A stretch of DNA of 64,000 bases from Callorhinchus milii. Taxonomy: Eukaryota. Of this stretch, positions 36,130 to 49,048 are shown piece by piece. How positions within the stretch are numbered: position 1 is the first letter of the stretch; each line of letters opens with the position of its first letter. Both the position numbers and the translations under genes were made by a program. The stretch is taken from assembly GCF_018977255.1 (NCBI RefSeq), contig NW_024704742.1, positions 38,008,001-38,072,000 on the forward strand. The letters run 5' to 3'. The notes under the pieces were generated by a model. It did not search any database. It was given only the letters and a program-made list of their open reading frames with translations, and had not been told where the DNA came from.

Positions 36130-36390
36130 ACAACAACAAATTACATTTGTATCGTGCCTTTCACATTGGGAAGGCGTCCTATGGTACAGGAACAGTCAAG
36201 GATTTGCACCCGAGCTGGGGATTCGGATCAGGGAGCATGTACATTAGCAGGGAGGATAGAGGTGGGAGGGTAATCGAAGGTGCGCTCAAAGAGGAGGGTC
36301 TTGAGACAGGCCTTCAAGGAGGCAAGAAAGGGAGCAAGGCGAATGGACTGGGATAGAGTTCCAAAGCGTGGGGGCAGAAAGGCTGAAGGA
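36130..36390 (-). mobile_element. L2 3' fragment
   Basis: caacaacaaattacatttgtat...gagggtcttgagacaggccttcaaggagg...gagttccaaagcgtggggg. Confidence 0.88.
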
Positions 36391-37134
36391 CGGTTATAGG
36401 TGACCGTTAAGGTCTGGCTTTAGGTTTAACTGTAAATTGTTTTCACTGATGTGCCATACACACATATTCCCGAACACCAACTTAATTTGTGTCCCTTCAA
36501 TAGAGCAAGTATTTGTATATTAGAAAAAAATAAAATTACAAGAACATTTCTCGGTTATTGAACAGTAAATGCATTATTTGAATTCCCCCCGTCCCCTTGC
36601 TATATTTGGAAAAAATATGCGTGCTATTTTTCAAGTTTTGATGTATGAGCAACCACTGGAATCTTCCTGCATGACTGATTCACAAACACCATCATTGTCT
36701 TTAATTATAAGCCACCCACCTGCCTGTGGTGTGTCCTCAGCAGTCCTATTATTATCAGTTCCTGGTATTTAAAGTTGTAGTTACTTTACAGTATGCACAT
36801 TGATGGCAGTTGTTATTTGCATCAAGGCTGTAAAGTAAAGGAAATGGTCCCACTGTCTCTGGAGGAAGAGAGGAACCACTTCCAGAGGACACTTCTTTCA
36901 CCAGGCCAGAGGCAATAGTACCAGAGGCAATAAGAAAAAGGCAACCCATGGCTACCCTCGCTGGTCTGTGTTAGACGCTCCCCAGATATTGGTTCACAAA
37001 AGGTCCACAACAGAAAATGAAGACACAATTGTGACTGTGACACAGCAGACAGCGCTGTGGAATTCCTACTTTGTGTAGCTGGCAGTCAGTGCTGTGGAGT
37101 GTCTCACTGTGTGTAACTGGCAGTGTGTAACTGA

Positions 37135-37505
37135 GTGGAGTCCTGTAGCTCAGTGCTTAAAGCACTCGCCTTGCAAGTGAGAGGACCTGGGTTCGATTCC
37201 CGGCAGGGCGAAACGTTGGGCCAGTTTCCTTACTCCACATGTCTCTGTTTACTTAGCAGTAAGTAGGAACCCGGTTGTTAGTCGATTGGCGGATCGTTTT
37301 CCAGGTATAATAATCCCTTAAAAAATAATAATTTGGTACTCAATCCATGACTGTTTGTGGGGCACTTCTGTGTACAATTGGCTGTCATATTTTGCACACA
37401 AAATATACAGTCATTTCACTTTACAATATATTCTGTGAAGCGCTTTGAGGCGTCTCAGAGACTTGATAAGGCACTATATCAAATGCAAGGATTATTATTA
37501 TTTAT
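37135..37505 (+). mobile_element. Full-length SINE, long subfamily
   Basis: Intact tRNA-like head (gggttcgattcccgg), long block, Deu-like domain, tail. Confidence 0.92.
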
Positions 37506-40189
37506 TAACTGGCAGTGCTGTGGTCTCACTCTAAACAGGGAAAAATTCAGAACTCCAGCAGCCCTATGTACAGCTCATGGCTTGTGTTTGAAGCAGACAA
37601 TGTTTCTAGCTGACTCAATTTTTATATCAAGGTCCCCTTAACAAATGGCAAAACAGTAGAATCTCTGATTCAAAGAACATTATGTCCAGTGGTTGTGGCA
37701 GGACCCAATCTGCTTGTCATTTTTCTGGTATAATTTGTCATCAGGATATTAATACAAATCCAGTTTAGCAACCTGCTGCTGGCTAAAATTCAGCATTGGC
37801 CAGGTCTTGCAGACTAAATAGTAGATAAACCACATTCATTCATTGTGTCGTGCAACCCAGTGAACTATTCACAGGTATTTGGGTAACTTATCCAGCTAGG
37901 ACAGCCCCTACCACTTAGGCCTTTGGTTTGCAGCATTAAGGACATGCCTACATCTCTGTCAATTACCATTAACCTACCTGGCTTTGCTGCAGTCCCAGGC
38001 ACATCCCACTTAATTTGTGGAGCACCTTTTAGATACAGTGCTCATTTATCAACCGCAAAGGGGCTAAGCGAACCCAGTGGGAACCGAGCCCAGAATGTTC
38101 CTGTTTCAAGTCTGGTCAACCACCTGAGCTACACAGCAAGACTGACCTACTTGGTGCAGCACCCAAACACACAGAGAGGAAATATGTCATTGAACTAATC
38201 TTACAAATAAAATTGGTTATTTGTAGGATATTGCTGTGCGCAGTGTTTAACAAAAACAAACTTTGCCCTGAACTTTAATATAACTTGATTATGATTAAGT
38301 CACTGAACAAAATGTAGTCTAGTGGTGATGTGGATGCAGAATCCTCCCTGTAATTCCTAGTATAGAAACAACAGCAAATTACATTTGTATAGTGCTCTTT
38401 ACGTTGGGAGGACGTCGCAAGGCACTTATATTGTGCATATTTGACATCAGAATATACAGTGTTTAGTGTTGGATTTTTCTACCTCTGTTGTTTTATAATA
38501 CAGTGCAAGTGCATTCTGTAGTGTAACTGGTGTGGCGAATGCGTTGATGTGGACGAGATGTTCTTCTGCTCCATTCAGTGCGTTCAGTCAATTTGCCCCT
38601 GTGGACTTATTCAATCTAAAATTATTTATGGAGTCACAAACGTAAACTAAAATTAAATTATACACAGCAAATCGCATTAGTTATTTACGAGGATGGGGAC
38701 AAATTTGTTGAACATACAAACAGAGCAGGATAGCACTCAGTCCATGTCTATAAAATCTCTTGTGTGTGGAATGTATGGAGCAGAATACGCCCATGGGTTT
38801 ATTGAAGGCTGAGCGCCTCATTAAACTCGACAATGATCGAAAATGCACAAAGGAAGATAAAAAGAGCCTATTAGATTACCCCGTCTTCAGAAAGCGTTCT
38901 GCAAATGTTAGCTGTCTGTCTAATAGGATCAAACCTAGTGGTTGCACCTTGTGGATTTTGCAGTACTTGGCAGAGTTTATTTTCAGATTCCCCCCCCCCC
39001 CCCCTTCTGCTTTACAATGTGGCACATTCCTCTCTAAAGCAGATGGACTTGTGATCACTTACTCCAGTAGCTGTTTGGCTGAATGAGAGCCATGTTGAAC
39101 AGCGGACTGGGCTGTGTTTTTCTTTCTTTTTCCAAAAAAAAGGAGTTCAGCAAGTGGATTTAAAAAGCATTTGTTCTAATTAGACGAGGCCCTCTCAGTG
39201 GGTAAGTTCGGCGCATTTGCAATTCAAGCGAAGTTTGATCTTTGTAAGAGTGGACCGTCGATTTATATCAGCTTTACTAAAGGCTGGAATAAATGCTCTC
39301 AAAGCTGCAAATGCAAACAAAAGGCAGGTTTTGTATCCAGCTTGTGCTCGCCTGGTCAGTCTGCACTGTCTCTTTATAAATGGAATCTTGTTGTTGTCTC
39401 GACCAGTTCAAGATGTTTCCAAAGTATCAGGTACTGAAGAGGGCGAAGTGTTATTACATCAAACAGGTGCAAGAGGCAGGATGTGCCACACAGGAGAGTT
39501 TCTTGGTACATAAAACACAATGTGTTTGGGTATTATTTTATATAAAAGGAGTTTTCAGTTGTGATTTATTTCCCAACGTTTGGTTCTGCTGGCTTGTCAA
39601 CAGTTTGAATAGCTTTCAGCTGTTGAGTGGAACCATTTAGTTTCGTAGAAAAGTATGCAAGCGTGAATTCAGTGACTGTCTGGGTTCCGGTATTGGGTTG
39701 GACATTCAACTGCATTCTCGGCAATCAGATAAGAATTGTTTTCACACACTGGCTGTCAGGTTAGGGTTCAGGCAGATTTCATTCTGCCCACTTAACGTTC
39801 TGTTTTTACGGTAAGAAGTCTAGTACCCTAGAGGTGATTTCTCTTCACACGAAAAGATGTTTTGCAGTAAGTTTACAACCTGCATTTGAATGGCACAGCT
39901 GTTTTGACTTTGCATCGCTCTGTCTCTCTTTCTCCCTGTTTATCTGGATAACACGGATCATGTAAATGAGTAAAATCTAATCTGTGGCTGCTAAAACAGC
40001 AGGATTACCAGCTGCATCTGGGCTATTCAGAGGTTAACTTCCAATCAATAGACTTGTGTGCTATCTGCTGGTGCGATGATCAAAGATTGTCCATCAATAT
40101 AATTAGATGCGTGGGGGGGGGGGGTGTGGAGAGGTGTGTGTGTATGTGTGAGTGGAGCATAATCTCTGGTAATAAAAATAATAATATCT

Positions 40190-41320
40190 CACTGTCACTC
40201 AATCCACAACTGTTTGTAGGACACTGCTGTGCGCAATTGGCTGCCGCGTTTAACCCACAAAATATACAGTCTCTACTGTGAAGCGCTTTGAGAAGTCTTG
40301 AATACTTGATAAGGCCCTATATCAAATGCAAGGATTATTATTATTACAATAAATCAAGCACTGTCCCTCACTGTCATCAAGCTTGGTTCAGTTTAAACCC
40401 CTACACCAGTTTGGTACACAGAAGCTACCATTTGGTTAACAAGAGTTCAGGAAATAAAAACGTGTTAAGTTGACACAACCAGATGTAACAGTAATGCAGG
40501 TTACTGCTTGATATTACTGAGTGTGCAGCACCTTGGGATGTACTCCCGACGTGAAAGGCACTATACAAATGTAATTGTTGTTGTATTTCTCGATAGCCTT
40601 GTGTGCCAACCCAGAAGGATTTGGGAAATGCCCCCAGCAATATATCACAGCGGTATCGGAGATTGATCTTGAACTCTGAATGCAGCAGCAGAATTCCAGA
40701 AGGGAGAGATTTATCTTCTTTACTCCTCACAGACAACCACTTTCAGAAAATGTACTCTGCACTAAGCAGCTTTTAGAACAAAATTGTTTTCAAAGATTAC
40801 ATAGGCAGGAATATATTGCCATCTGTTTTGCTTCTGATAGAAAATCCTTGAAAAGCAGTTTTCCAGCTGAGGAAGTGCTTGTGAGTTGACTTACCTCTTT
40901 ACAGTCCATGTCTTTTGAGACATGTCAGGGTTTCGCACGTTGGAACAAGACATGGTATCAATTGCACTGCAAATTGTAGAGCAACTTCTCCATAATACCC
41001 CTTCCCCCAAATTTTGGCTTTAATCGGCTATTTTGCTCCAAAATCTCTCTCAGTGCTGCTTGGTGAAGGTTGCTAGGAATTGGGTGATCTATTTTGACTG
41101 ATCATCTGATTTTTCCTCTTGATTCAGATGGAAATACCTCAAACAATAATAATCGGTCACTGAATCCACGATTGTTTGTGGGACACTGCTGTGCGCAATC
41201 GACTGCCGCGCTTTGCCCACAAAATATACAGTCAATTTGCTTTACAGTATATTCCGTGAAGCGCTTTGAGACGTCTCAATGACGTGATAAGGCGCTATAC
41301 CAAATGCAAGGATTATTTAT
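40190..41320 (+). mobile_element. Two SINE 3' halves (about 40190-40346 and 41150-41320) and an L2 tail (about 40525-40585)
   Basis: Deu-like gacactgctgtgcgcaat...ctgccgcg and tails. Confidence 0.85.
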
Positions 41321-41799
41321 TCTCTTCCTCCCTCACTCAGCCCCCACCTCTACCCCACACATACTTGACCATGCACAGTTGCTCTGTGTGTTACTCCAAC
41401 CCATTCCTCATTGTGTGTTGGGATACATACAGTAGTTACATGTTACCCTGATGTACTGGTTCAGTTGAAAATAAAGCTCTAAGATCAAGACCATATGAAA
41501 CTGTTTTCTTGTCCTCAGGGAGTAAATATAATTGTTATAGATCTACAATACTGTGTTCCAGTGTGGTTAAAGCTGTGAATGGCCACGGTTGTACACTGGG
41601 AGTACACTAAGCTTGTTGTGTTTTTTTTGTTAAATTAAGGAAGTGAGGTGAACGGCTCAGTACCATGGTGTGGGAACCCCATCCAAAGGATGAGATAAAC
41701 AAGGAAGTATGGTTAGGTAATTGAGTATGGGAAGCTTCACCAATTTTTTCTCTGCCAATTTTCTTCTTTACTCTAGGTGTTGACTTCTTGCTGGGTAGG

Positions 41800-42170
41800 A
41801 TTCCAAAGCATCAGTTACCTCCTGATACCTCACTCAAATAGTCAATATTGATGTGTTAGCGTTAGCAGGTTTCCTGACGGAGTTGAGAGAGGAGTATCAC
41901 GCCTGAATGCAATTCACTCCTCACCAAATGTTCAGATTCACAACCTTCCCACACGGGTCATTTAGATGGCAATTGGGACCAGGAGCAATCCTAGCTGATT
42001 TTCAACCCCCTTGAAGCCTAGAGTGCTGAAATTCATTCATATTGGGTCCACTAACACTACAGCCAAATCAAGCTAACTTGGCACTAACCTAGAATGGTCG
42101 GATCTGTCCTTGAGTCTCAGCTACTCATTGAATAAACTCACTGAATAAACTTGCTGAGCTACCAGTGAAA
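41800..42170 (-). mobile_element. AmnSINE2-like old SINE
   Basis: Degenerate match to the 25.8 and 34.6 kb copies (atacctcactcaaatagtca...ctagctgattttc...atcaagctaacttggcact). Confidence 0.5.
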
Positions 42171-42599
42171 GCCTAATCTTGGGTGTTCGAAGTCTGCAAA
42201 TTGAAGGGCAAGAGATCAGAGGGTGGGAGGAATGAGCTGAGTGCGAGACACTGAGATACGGGAAGGAATCTCCTATGTTCACATGTCAGCAGATTCAAAA
42301 GGAAATTGCAGTGTTAACTGACAATAAAATGGCTAGAGGAGTATGACTGAGAGACTAGTGAAAGTTTGTTTTACTTTAGTGCTGGCTAGATGGACAGTGA
42401 TGGCCTTTTCCAATCCCCTATACATTCCTTTGTTCTAATGATGTGTTTATATGATGAGGGCCCTCTAATATGCTGAGCTGCTGGTTCCTTCAATTTCATT
42501 CTGTTTACACTGTAAACTTGACAGAATCAGGGCAACACAGAAACAACCATGCATTTCCTGGCTATGTGAGGAAGGTGAGTGCAGCTGAACACCATCTCC

Positions 42600-43030
42600 A
42601 GACTAAAGGATAGCCACCACCACCAGAGCTAACAGGTTGCTGCCTCCAGAGACTTCCAATCTGGCAAGCTTTCCACCACCCTACATGTTACAGCTTCGGC
42701 TTGCATGTTAACAGAGACTGAGTTGAAAACTCCCTGTTTCGAGGTCTGCCCCTCATAACTCGTCTGCTCAATCAAGTCTTACCAGCTAGCCAGACTGGCT
42801 GGCCAGGAGTACTGTGGACCTGCTTGGCTCAGGAACTGGACTACCAAGACCACCACAGAGGTCAGTTTCGATAATTAACTTGCCAAGCACATTACCTTGG
42901 AACCGGCTTGGCTGCAAGTACACCCGCTTTACTATTCCCCCACCCCCCCACCACCCCTCGCCCCAGGAGATAGTTATAGAAGTACGAAGCACCACAACCA
43001 AATGTTGAGGTCTCACCACTGAGTGACCCA
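42600..43030 (+). mobile_element. Repeat family X, copy 2 (opposite orientation to copy 1)
   Basis: tctggcaagctt...gttacagctt.ggct...gttaacag...ggagtactgtgg...tggctcaggaac...accttggaacc matches the reverse complement of 14560-14835. Confidence 0.65.
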
Positions 43031-45099
43031 CCCAGGTATTTCCGTATTTCTCAATTTATACAGCTGTTGAAAACAAAACCAACATCCCAATTAAGATTGA
43101 ATTTAAGGAATTTTCCAAATTGTGCGCATTTCATCAAATGTGCAATCTTAAACATTATAAGGCCATGGTGTCGCAATCTTCAGATCCAGATGAGAACGAG
43201 ATCAGACTTTGCTGTGAGACACCTCTCAGCGCATGATGCTGACACATGAGATGAGGGAGCAGACGGAACCCTCAACATCCGAGCACCAATCATTGTTTTC
43301 ATTCCGTGCAGAACATTTGGGAAGGTGGGGTGGAATGACACCACATGCTTTTACTTGCAGTGTTGTCTGAAAGAGTTTCTTGTCTCTTCAGCCCACCCCC
43401 CAAAAAAACTTAATATTCTCTTCAAACTATTTTACATAAGTAAGAACGCATTGAAATCATTGACTTGAAGTTTCACAGAATACATCTGGTAGCCTCTCAG
43501 CTTGATATACCAATTTTACGCTTTGTGTGTGTCTAGAAGCAAACCTTTTTCCAGAGGCCACTTTGTAGTTTGTCCAGGTTGACATTCCATTGAATTACTG
43601 GGGGCGCTGCATTGTCAGAAGAGCCAATCCTTTGGATGAGACATAAGACCAGGGTCCTATCTGCGTGCTCAGGTTAATGTTAAGATCCCACTTGGATCGT
43701 GAGATCATCTGAAAGAATTGTAATGGCAGTTTGCACACATGCGGCATGAAATCAAGAGCCTCTGCTAAACCCCTGGCTAGGCTACACTCCAGCACTTCAA
43801 AACTGCAGTGTAAAAGCCACGGCAGGGAGTCATTTTTTAAAAAATCTGACGCCTCTAGTGGATCGACAGAAGAGATCTCCTAAACCAAATATTAACTGGG
43901 TTGAACGGTGGAAAGAAATCTTTTGCTCCTTTTTTTAAAAAAAAAGTGATACGCTTGTCATTATAAATGGGATTATTACATTGAAACAAATGTGATTCTA
44001 TTGTGCTGATGCCTGAACATGCTGATGAAGTGTTTCTGTGAGGGCAGCCAGCTAAACCTGCCTGTTGGTATAGACATATTGGACTTTCAAACAAGGGACA
44101 AGCTTTTAATCACATTCGCCAATGGGCAGCTCAGTCCAAATCATTTCTGGCTGAGCACAGAAGAAGCTAAAGTGCTTATCGTAAAAACAAACTTAAAGTA
44201 AACTTGTAAAATACAGCTTTAAATTTATGAACTCCTATTATGTACGTTGGGAGCACTGCGAGAGCTTTTATCCACTGTTCTCCCTCTCCGCTCCCCTGAC
44301 CCTTCTACTGACTCTCATTTCTGCAACTCTCAAAATTCGCAAAGGCCTTTTTTTAAAAAAAACTTTGGAGACTTCCAGTATCCATTTTTGTCATGAATTA
44401 ATTTAAACTTTGTCATTACAAAGCTTTGCAGGACAATTGGGCTTACACAACTGTTACCCGGTCCAAGATATGCAGTGTTTTGTTTCAGTATGAATACCAG
44501 TTCATTGGAGAAATCTTTGCTTTTAAAGAAAGGGTTATTTTCTGTTAGCATGATTCACTGAGCATTCCTTGTACTAAATACATTTGATTCATAACTCGAC
44601 TTATGACATTCTTTTGTACCCGGCATCGAATGAGCCTGAATGTGCTCCAGTGTGTGTCCCTATTGAACTTATAGCAGTAGGAGTCTTTTGGAGTTGGCCG
44701 CTTTCCGCTAACGCTAGTTTTCAACCATTATTCCCTCTGTTTATGTAACTCTTAAAATCTTTCTCTCTCCCAGTTTTCACAACCCTTTTTTAAATATGTG
44801 CCACTTTGACTGGGCTTTAGGTCACCCAAGATGGGATGTGATGAGGTCCTATCCTCCACTGATCCCACCTTGTCTGGGTTTCCACACTGTCTCTCTGAAG
44901 CACTTTAAGACATTATCCTATGTAAAAGGCTCTACATAAGTGCAAGTGATTGTTCTCGCTGCTCCAGGTCCTGTAGGTAGTGGAAGGTGAAAAGCGAGAA
45001 TGGGGTCAGCTACAATGTTATCTTGCATTCCGCCAAAGAATGTAACACAGCCTTAGCTCTTTGTAAAAGAAGTAGCTTCAGCCATACCATTACCGGTGT

Positions 45100-45560
45100 T
45101 GGTTGGATCAATTGGTAGCAGCATCACTGAGTCAAAAGGTTGTGGGTTTGAGCCATAAACCAGGGGCTCATATTAATAATCCTTGCATTTGATATAGCGC
45201 CTTTCACGTCTTCTAGACGTCCCAAAGCACTTCAAAGAATATACTGTAAAGTGAATTGACTGTATATTTGTGGGCGAATGCGGCAGCCAATTGCGCACAG
45301 CAATGTCCCACAAATAGTCATGGATTGAAAATGACCAATTTATTATTGTTTTGTTTTTTTGGAGGGATTATTATTAGGCGTGTGGAGTAAGGAAACTTGC
45401 CCAAGGTTTCGCCCTGCCTGGAATTGAACTCGGATCTCTCACTTAACCTAGGCAGTGTAATAGTGAGGGATCACTAGATTGTCCTTTGAGCTGTTTAAAC
45501 CCAAGGTCCCATCTGCCAGTTCAGGTGAACATTAAAGACCACACAGTACTATTTCAAAAG
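45100..45560 (+). mobile_element. Old SacSINE1-like element split by a young SINE
   Basis: ctgagtcaaaaggttgtgggtttgagcc before 45171, and aaggtcccatctgccagttcaggtgaacattaaagacc after 45443. Confidence 0.65.
45171..45443 (-). mobile_element. Young SINE, short subfamily, 5'-truncated within the head
   Basis: Near-identical body and tail. Confidence 0.92.
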
Positions 45561-45691
45561 AATTTGCCCATTCCCAAACCATGTTGCTCTGTGTGACAGA
45601 TCTGAGACTGTTAACCATTCCAGTTGTTTTCTATTCCTGTATTAATGCTCGTCAGAGAACAGAGATCATGATTAGCTTTGTATGAGTTATC

Positions 45692-45946
45692 ATAATAATA
45701 ATAGTAATCCTTGCATTTGATATAGCGCTTTTCACGTCGGGAGGACGTCCCAAAGCGCTTCACAGAACACACTGTAAAGTGAATTGACTGTATATTTGTG
45801 GGCGAACGCGGCAGCCAATTGCGCACAGCAATGTCCCACAAACAGTCGTAGATTGAAAAGGACCAATTTATTATTGTTTTGGTTTTTTTTTGAGGGATTA
45901 TTATTAGGCATGTGGAGTAAGGAAACTTGCCCAAGGTTTCGCCCTG
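45692..45946 (-). mobile_element. Young SINE, short subfamily, 5'-truncated
   Basis: Near-identical body and tail; abuts an L2 tail (+) at about 45960-46005. Confidence 0.92.
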
Positions 45947-48829
45947 AAACAAATTGATTTCCTCCTGACTTGAAAGGCGCTATACAAATGTAATTTGTTG
46001 TTGTTGGATCCAAAAGACAAACAGGCACTTAAATAAACACCTTGGTAATTAGAAACAGAAGAAGGCTCTTCAAACTCACAAAATATATTGTAAAGTGAAT
46101 CAACTGTATATTTTGTGGGCAAAACCCAGCAGCCAATTGTGCCCAGCAGTGACAAACAGTGGTGGATTGAGTGACCAGTCACCAATGATCTCCCCTAATA
46201 CCACCATCAAGCCATATCCCTTAGCCACCCCCCTCAAGTAACCTATTGAATCTCTCTCTTAAAACCCTCAATTTCTGCAATGTATTGTACCACCAAGATC
46301 CCTTGTGTAGAATTCAAGCACATTATCTGTTTTAATGGGATTCCTAACTGAGTTGTGTAAACCACCTGTAAGTACATTCTGTACATGTACATTTATACCT
46401 GATTCGGACATAAGACTCAGACAACGTTTGTTTTCCAGATGCCTATTGTCGCAAGTAATGTCATGTGAAATTGATGCAAAAGAAAATCATTTGTAATCTA
46501 AGGATTAACTCAATGCTTGAGAAATCTGATTTGGTAATAGTGCATTATTTACCATCCAAGTAACTGGCTCATCTATCTGGTTAAATAACAGCCCTTAAAA
46601 TGTAAGTAGGAACTATCATGACTACAATTGTGCAACCTGCCCAATTGTTTCCAGTGTAGCTTGCTGTGGTGTTATTGCCAAGATTCATTATTATGGTCTA
46701 TTGCTTGTTTCTGTAAGACAAGTGAGTCAAGTAAATGCTCTCACTTGTCTCTGTAAAGTACTTCCATACGTTATCCTACTAGAAAGGTGCTATATAGTCA
46801 AGTTGTGGTTGTAGCTCTCCACTGAGAGATAGCAAAGGAGTTTCGCTCTACTGTTTACTCAAGCAGATGGAATAGCCTGCCTTACAGTCAGGCTATTCCG
46901 TGCTTTATACTGCTCAGTGAAGGACTGGAATAGGAGGCATGGGAAGATGAAATAAATGATGACTACAGTAGAAATAGTTTTTATTTTACTCCATACAAGA
47001 ACAAAACAAGTATTTTAATGTAACCGTGGGGTTTGTTGAAGGTAAGAATAGAGAAAGGTAGATCTGCCTGTGTATTATTGTGCACTGGCTACAGTCGTAT
47101 AACATATCCCCAAATGTTGAAATTCAATCTGTGTTTTTAACGCTTTTAGTCATTAAATGACAACAGATTGACTTTATATGATGAGTTTCATACAAAGGGA
47201 TATCTCAAAGGGCTTGATAAATATTGGTGGAGACTGAACAGGAAAATAAGAGTTGTTAACCAAAGACAAGACTGGTCAGAAACATTCTTACACATTGTTT
47301 ACACACAATGCATTTTCAGAACTCAAGTTCTTTACTGATCTGGTTTCTCAATACCAGCTATTTATCATAGTACGTGTGCGCCCGTGCAAATGACCTATTA
47401 GTTACTTCTGGATGTTTTATTCTTGTAAAATAAAAATGCTGAATCTTAGTTTGCAATACTAAATTGCATTCCTGAGAATCTTGAGTTAATCCTTTGATTG
47501 ACAAGAAGATGCATTTGATCTGTCTTCTGTTGATGGCTGGTCTTTGTGGCAGGGTGTTTGACCGAAGTTTTCTTTGAAGTTCACCCTTTTGTTGCAGTAT
47601 TAGTCTGAGTGGAAGCTAGATGGTTCTTGAACCTGGCCAGTTTGATGTTGGCTGTCTCAGACACTCTGTTATATGTTGTGGATCTCTGGTCCATTCTATC
47701 TTTTTATGCATGCAAAGGTTTTTTCGTGTGCTTTAGGATTCTTCATGATTCTGATTACTTCTGGATGATTCCGATCACTGTCTGGGACTTTAAGGTATTG
47801 AATGAGGAGGCCTGAAGTAATTAACTTTAACAACCCACTGAAGACTAGAGAAACTTTAAACTTGCGCATGAAATGTACACATTTATCGCCGTTTGAGGGC
47901 TTATCGCTGTGATCCATTAACTTCAGGGTTACAGACACAACCCAGAGTGTGCTGTAATGCTACAAATCAAAGGTGCAGTTTCAGTCTCCGAGCTGTTTGC
48001 AGAGTTAACGGCTCAAACCTTTGGACTATTTTCAGAAGTTTGGGGAATTTTTATTTTCCATAAAAAAGGTAATCTGCCCAACTTCATGTGAACCAGGAAG
48101 ATAAAGACAAAGATAAAGACTATTTTCTCAACAATGTACCTTTGAGTGGTTGCCATAGCAATTGAAATTAAAGCTTGGCTCTCGTGGATTTTACTAGACT
48201 TGGCCTAGCCATTTATCTTTTTTAATAGATGTTTACCTATTTGTTTAACAGGGCACCTTAAAGGTGCATTGGCTATTTGGCTAAATGAATGACTTTAAAC
48301 ATTTTCTACAGAATTTTTCAAATAGAAGTTCTGTTGATCTGTAGTACTGAGGAAAACTTGGAAATCGAGAATAATTTCAGTATTTACCAAACCTCCTTTG
48401 TTTTTTTTTGAATGAATACTTTTTTTCCCCTTTGATTTATACTCAGTATCAAAATAAGTAGCCTTTTATTTCTGCACAATGGGTGCCCATGTTTCAACCT
48501 CGATCCATTTTATTCACAAATGCTGTATGTGTACTTGTGTTTGAGATACACTGTGTTCAGCACCAACACTTTGTCATTTTATTAAACTGTGCCTTTTCAA
48601 AATCAGTCGGCAACAGAACAAGTCAGTAAGTTTAGTTTGTCAGCTTGGCTCAGTGGTAGCACACTTGTTCTGGGTCAGAAGTTTTTGGGGTCAAGCCCCA
48701 CATCAGGATTTTGAGATCACAGGAGAAGTAGGGTGACAGAGATTCTTCCCACACAGCACCTGTTCCTTCTGCAAGTCTAAACCTCATCAGGTACACTGGT
48801 CGTATCTGGACAACAGAGGGAAGCTTGCC

Positions 48830-49048
48830 AAATGCCAATGTGGAACAGGCTCCCTGGGGAGACGATTGAAGCAGGAAGTGTTAATTCCTTCAAACACAGA
48901 TTAGATAGTTTCCTTTTAGGAAATAACATTATGGGATATAGTACATAGATAGTTTGAGACATATGTGCATGTGACCTCCAGGAAGGTGGAAAGCGAACTA
49001 AATGGACGTTGGTCTTTTTTCGCCAAGCATTTTTTATGTTCTTATGAC
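48830..49048 (+). mobile_element. CR1 3' end
   Basis: tggaacaggctccctggggagacgattgaagca...ttcaaacacagattagat (WNRLPGETIEA..FKHRLD) and terminal ttatgttcttatg. Confidence 0.75.
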
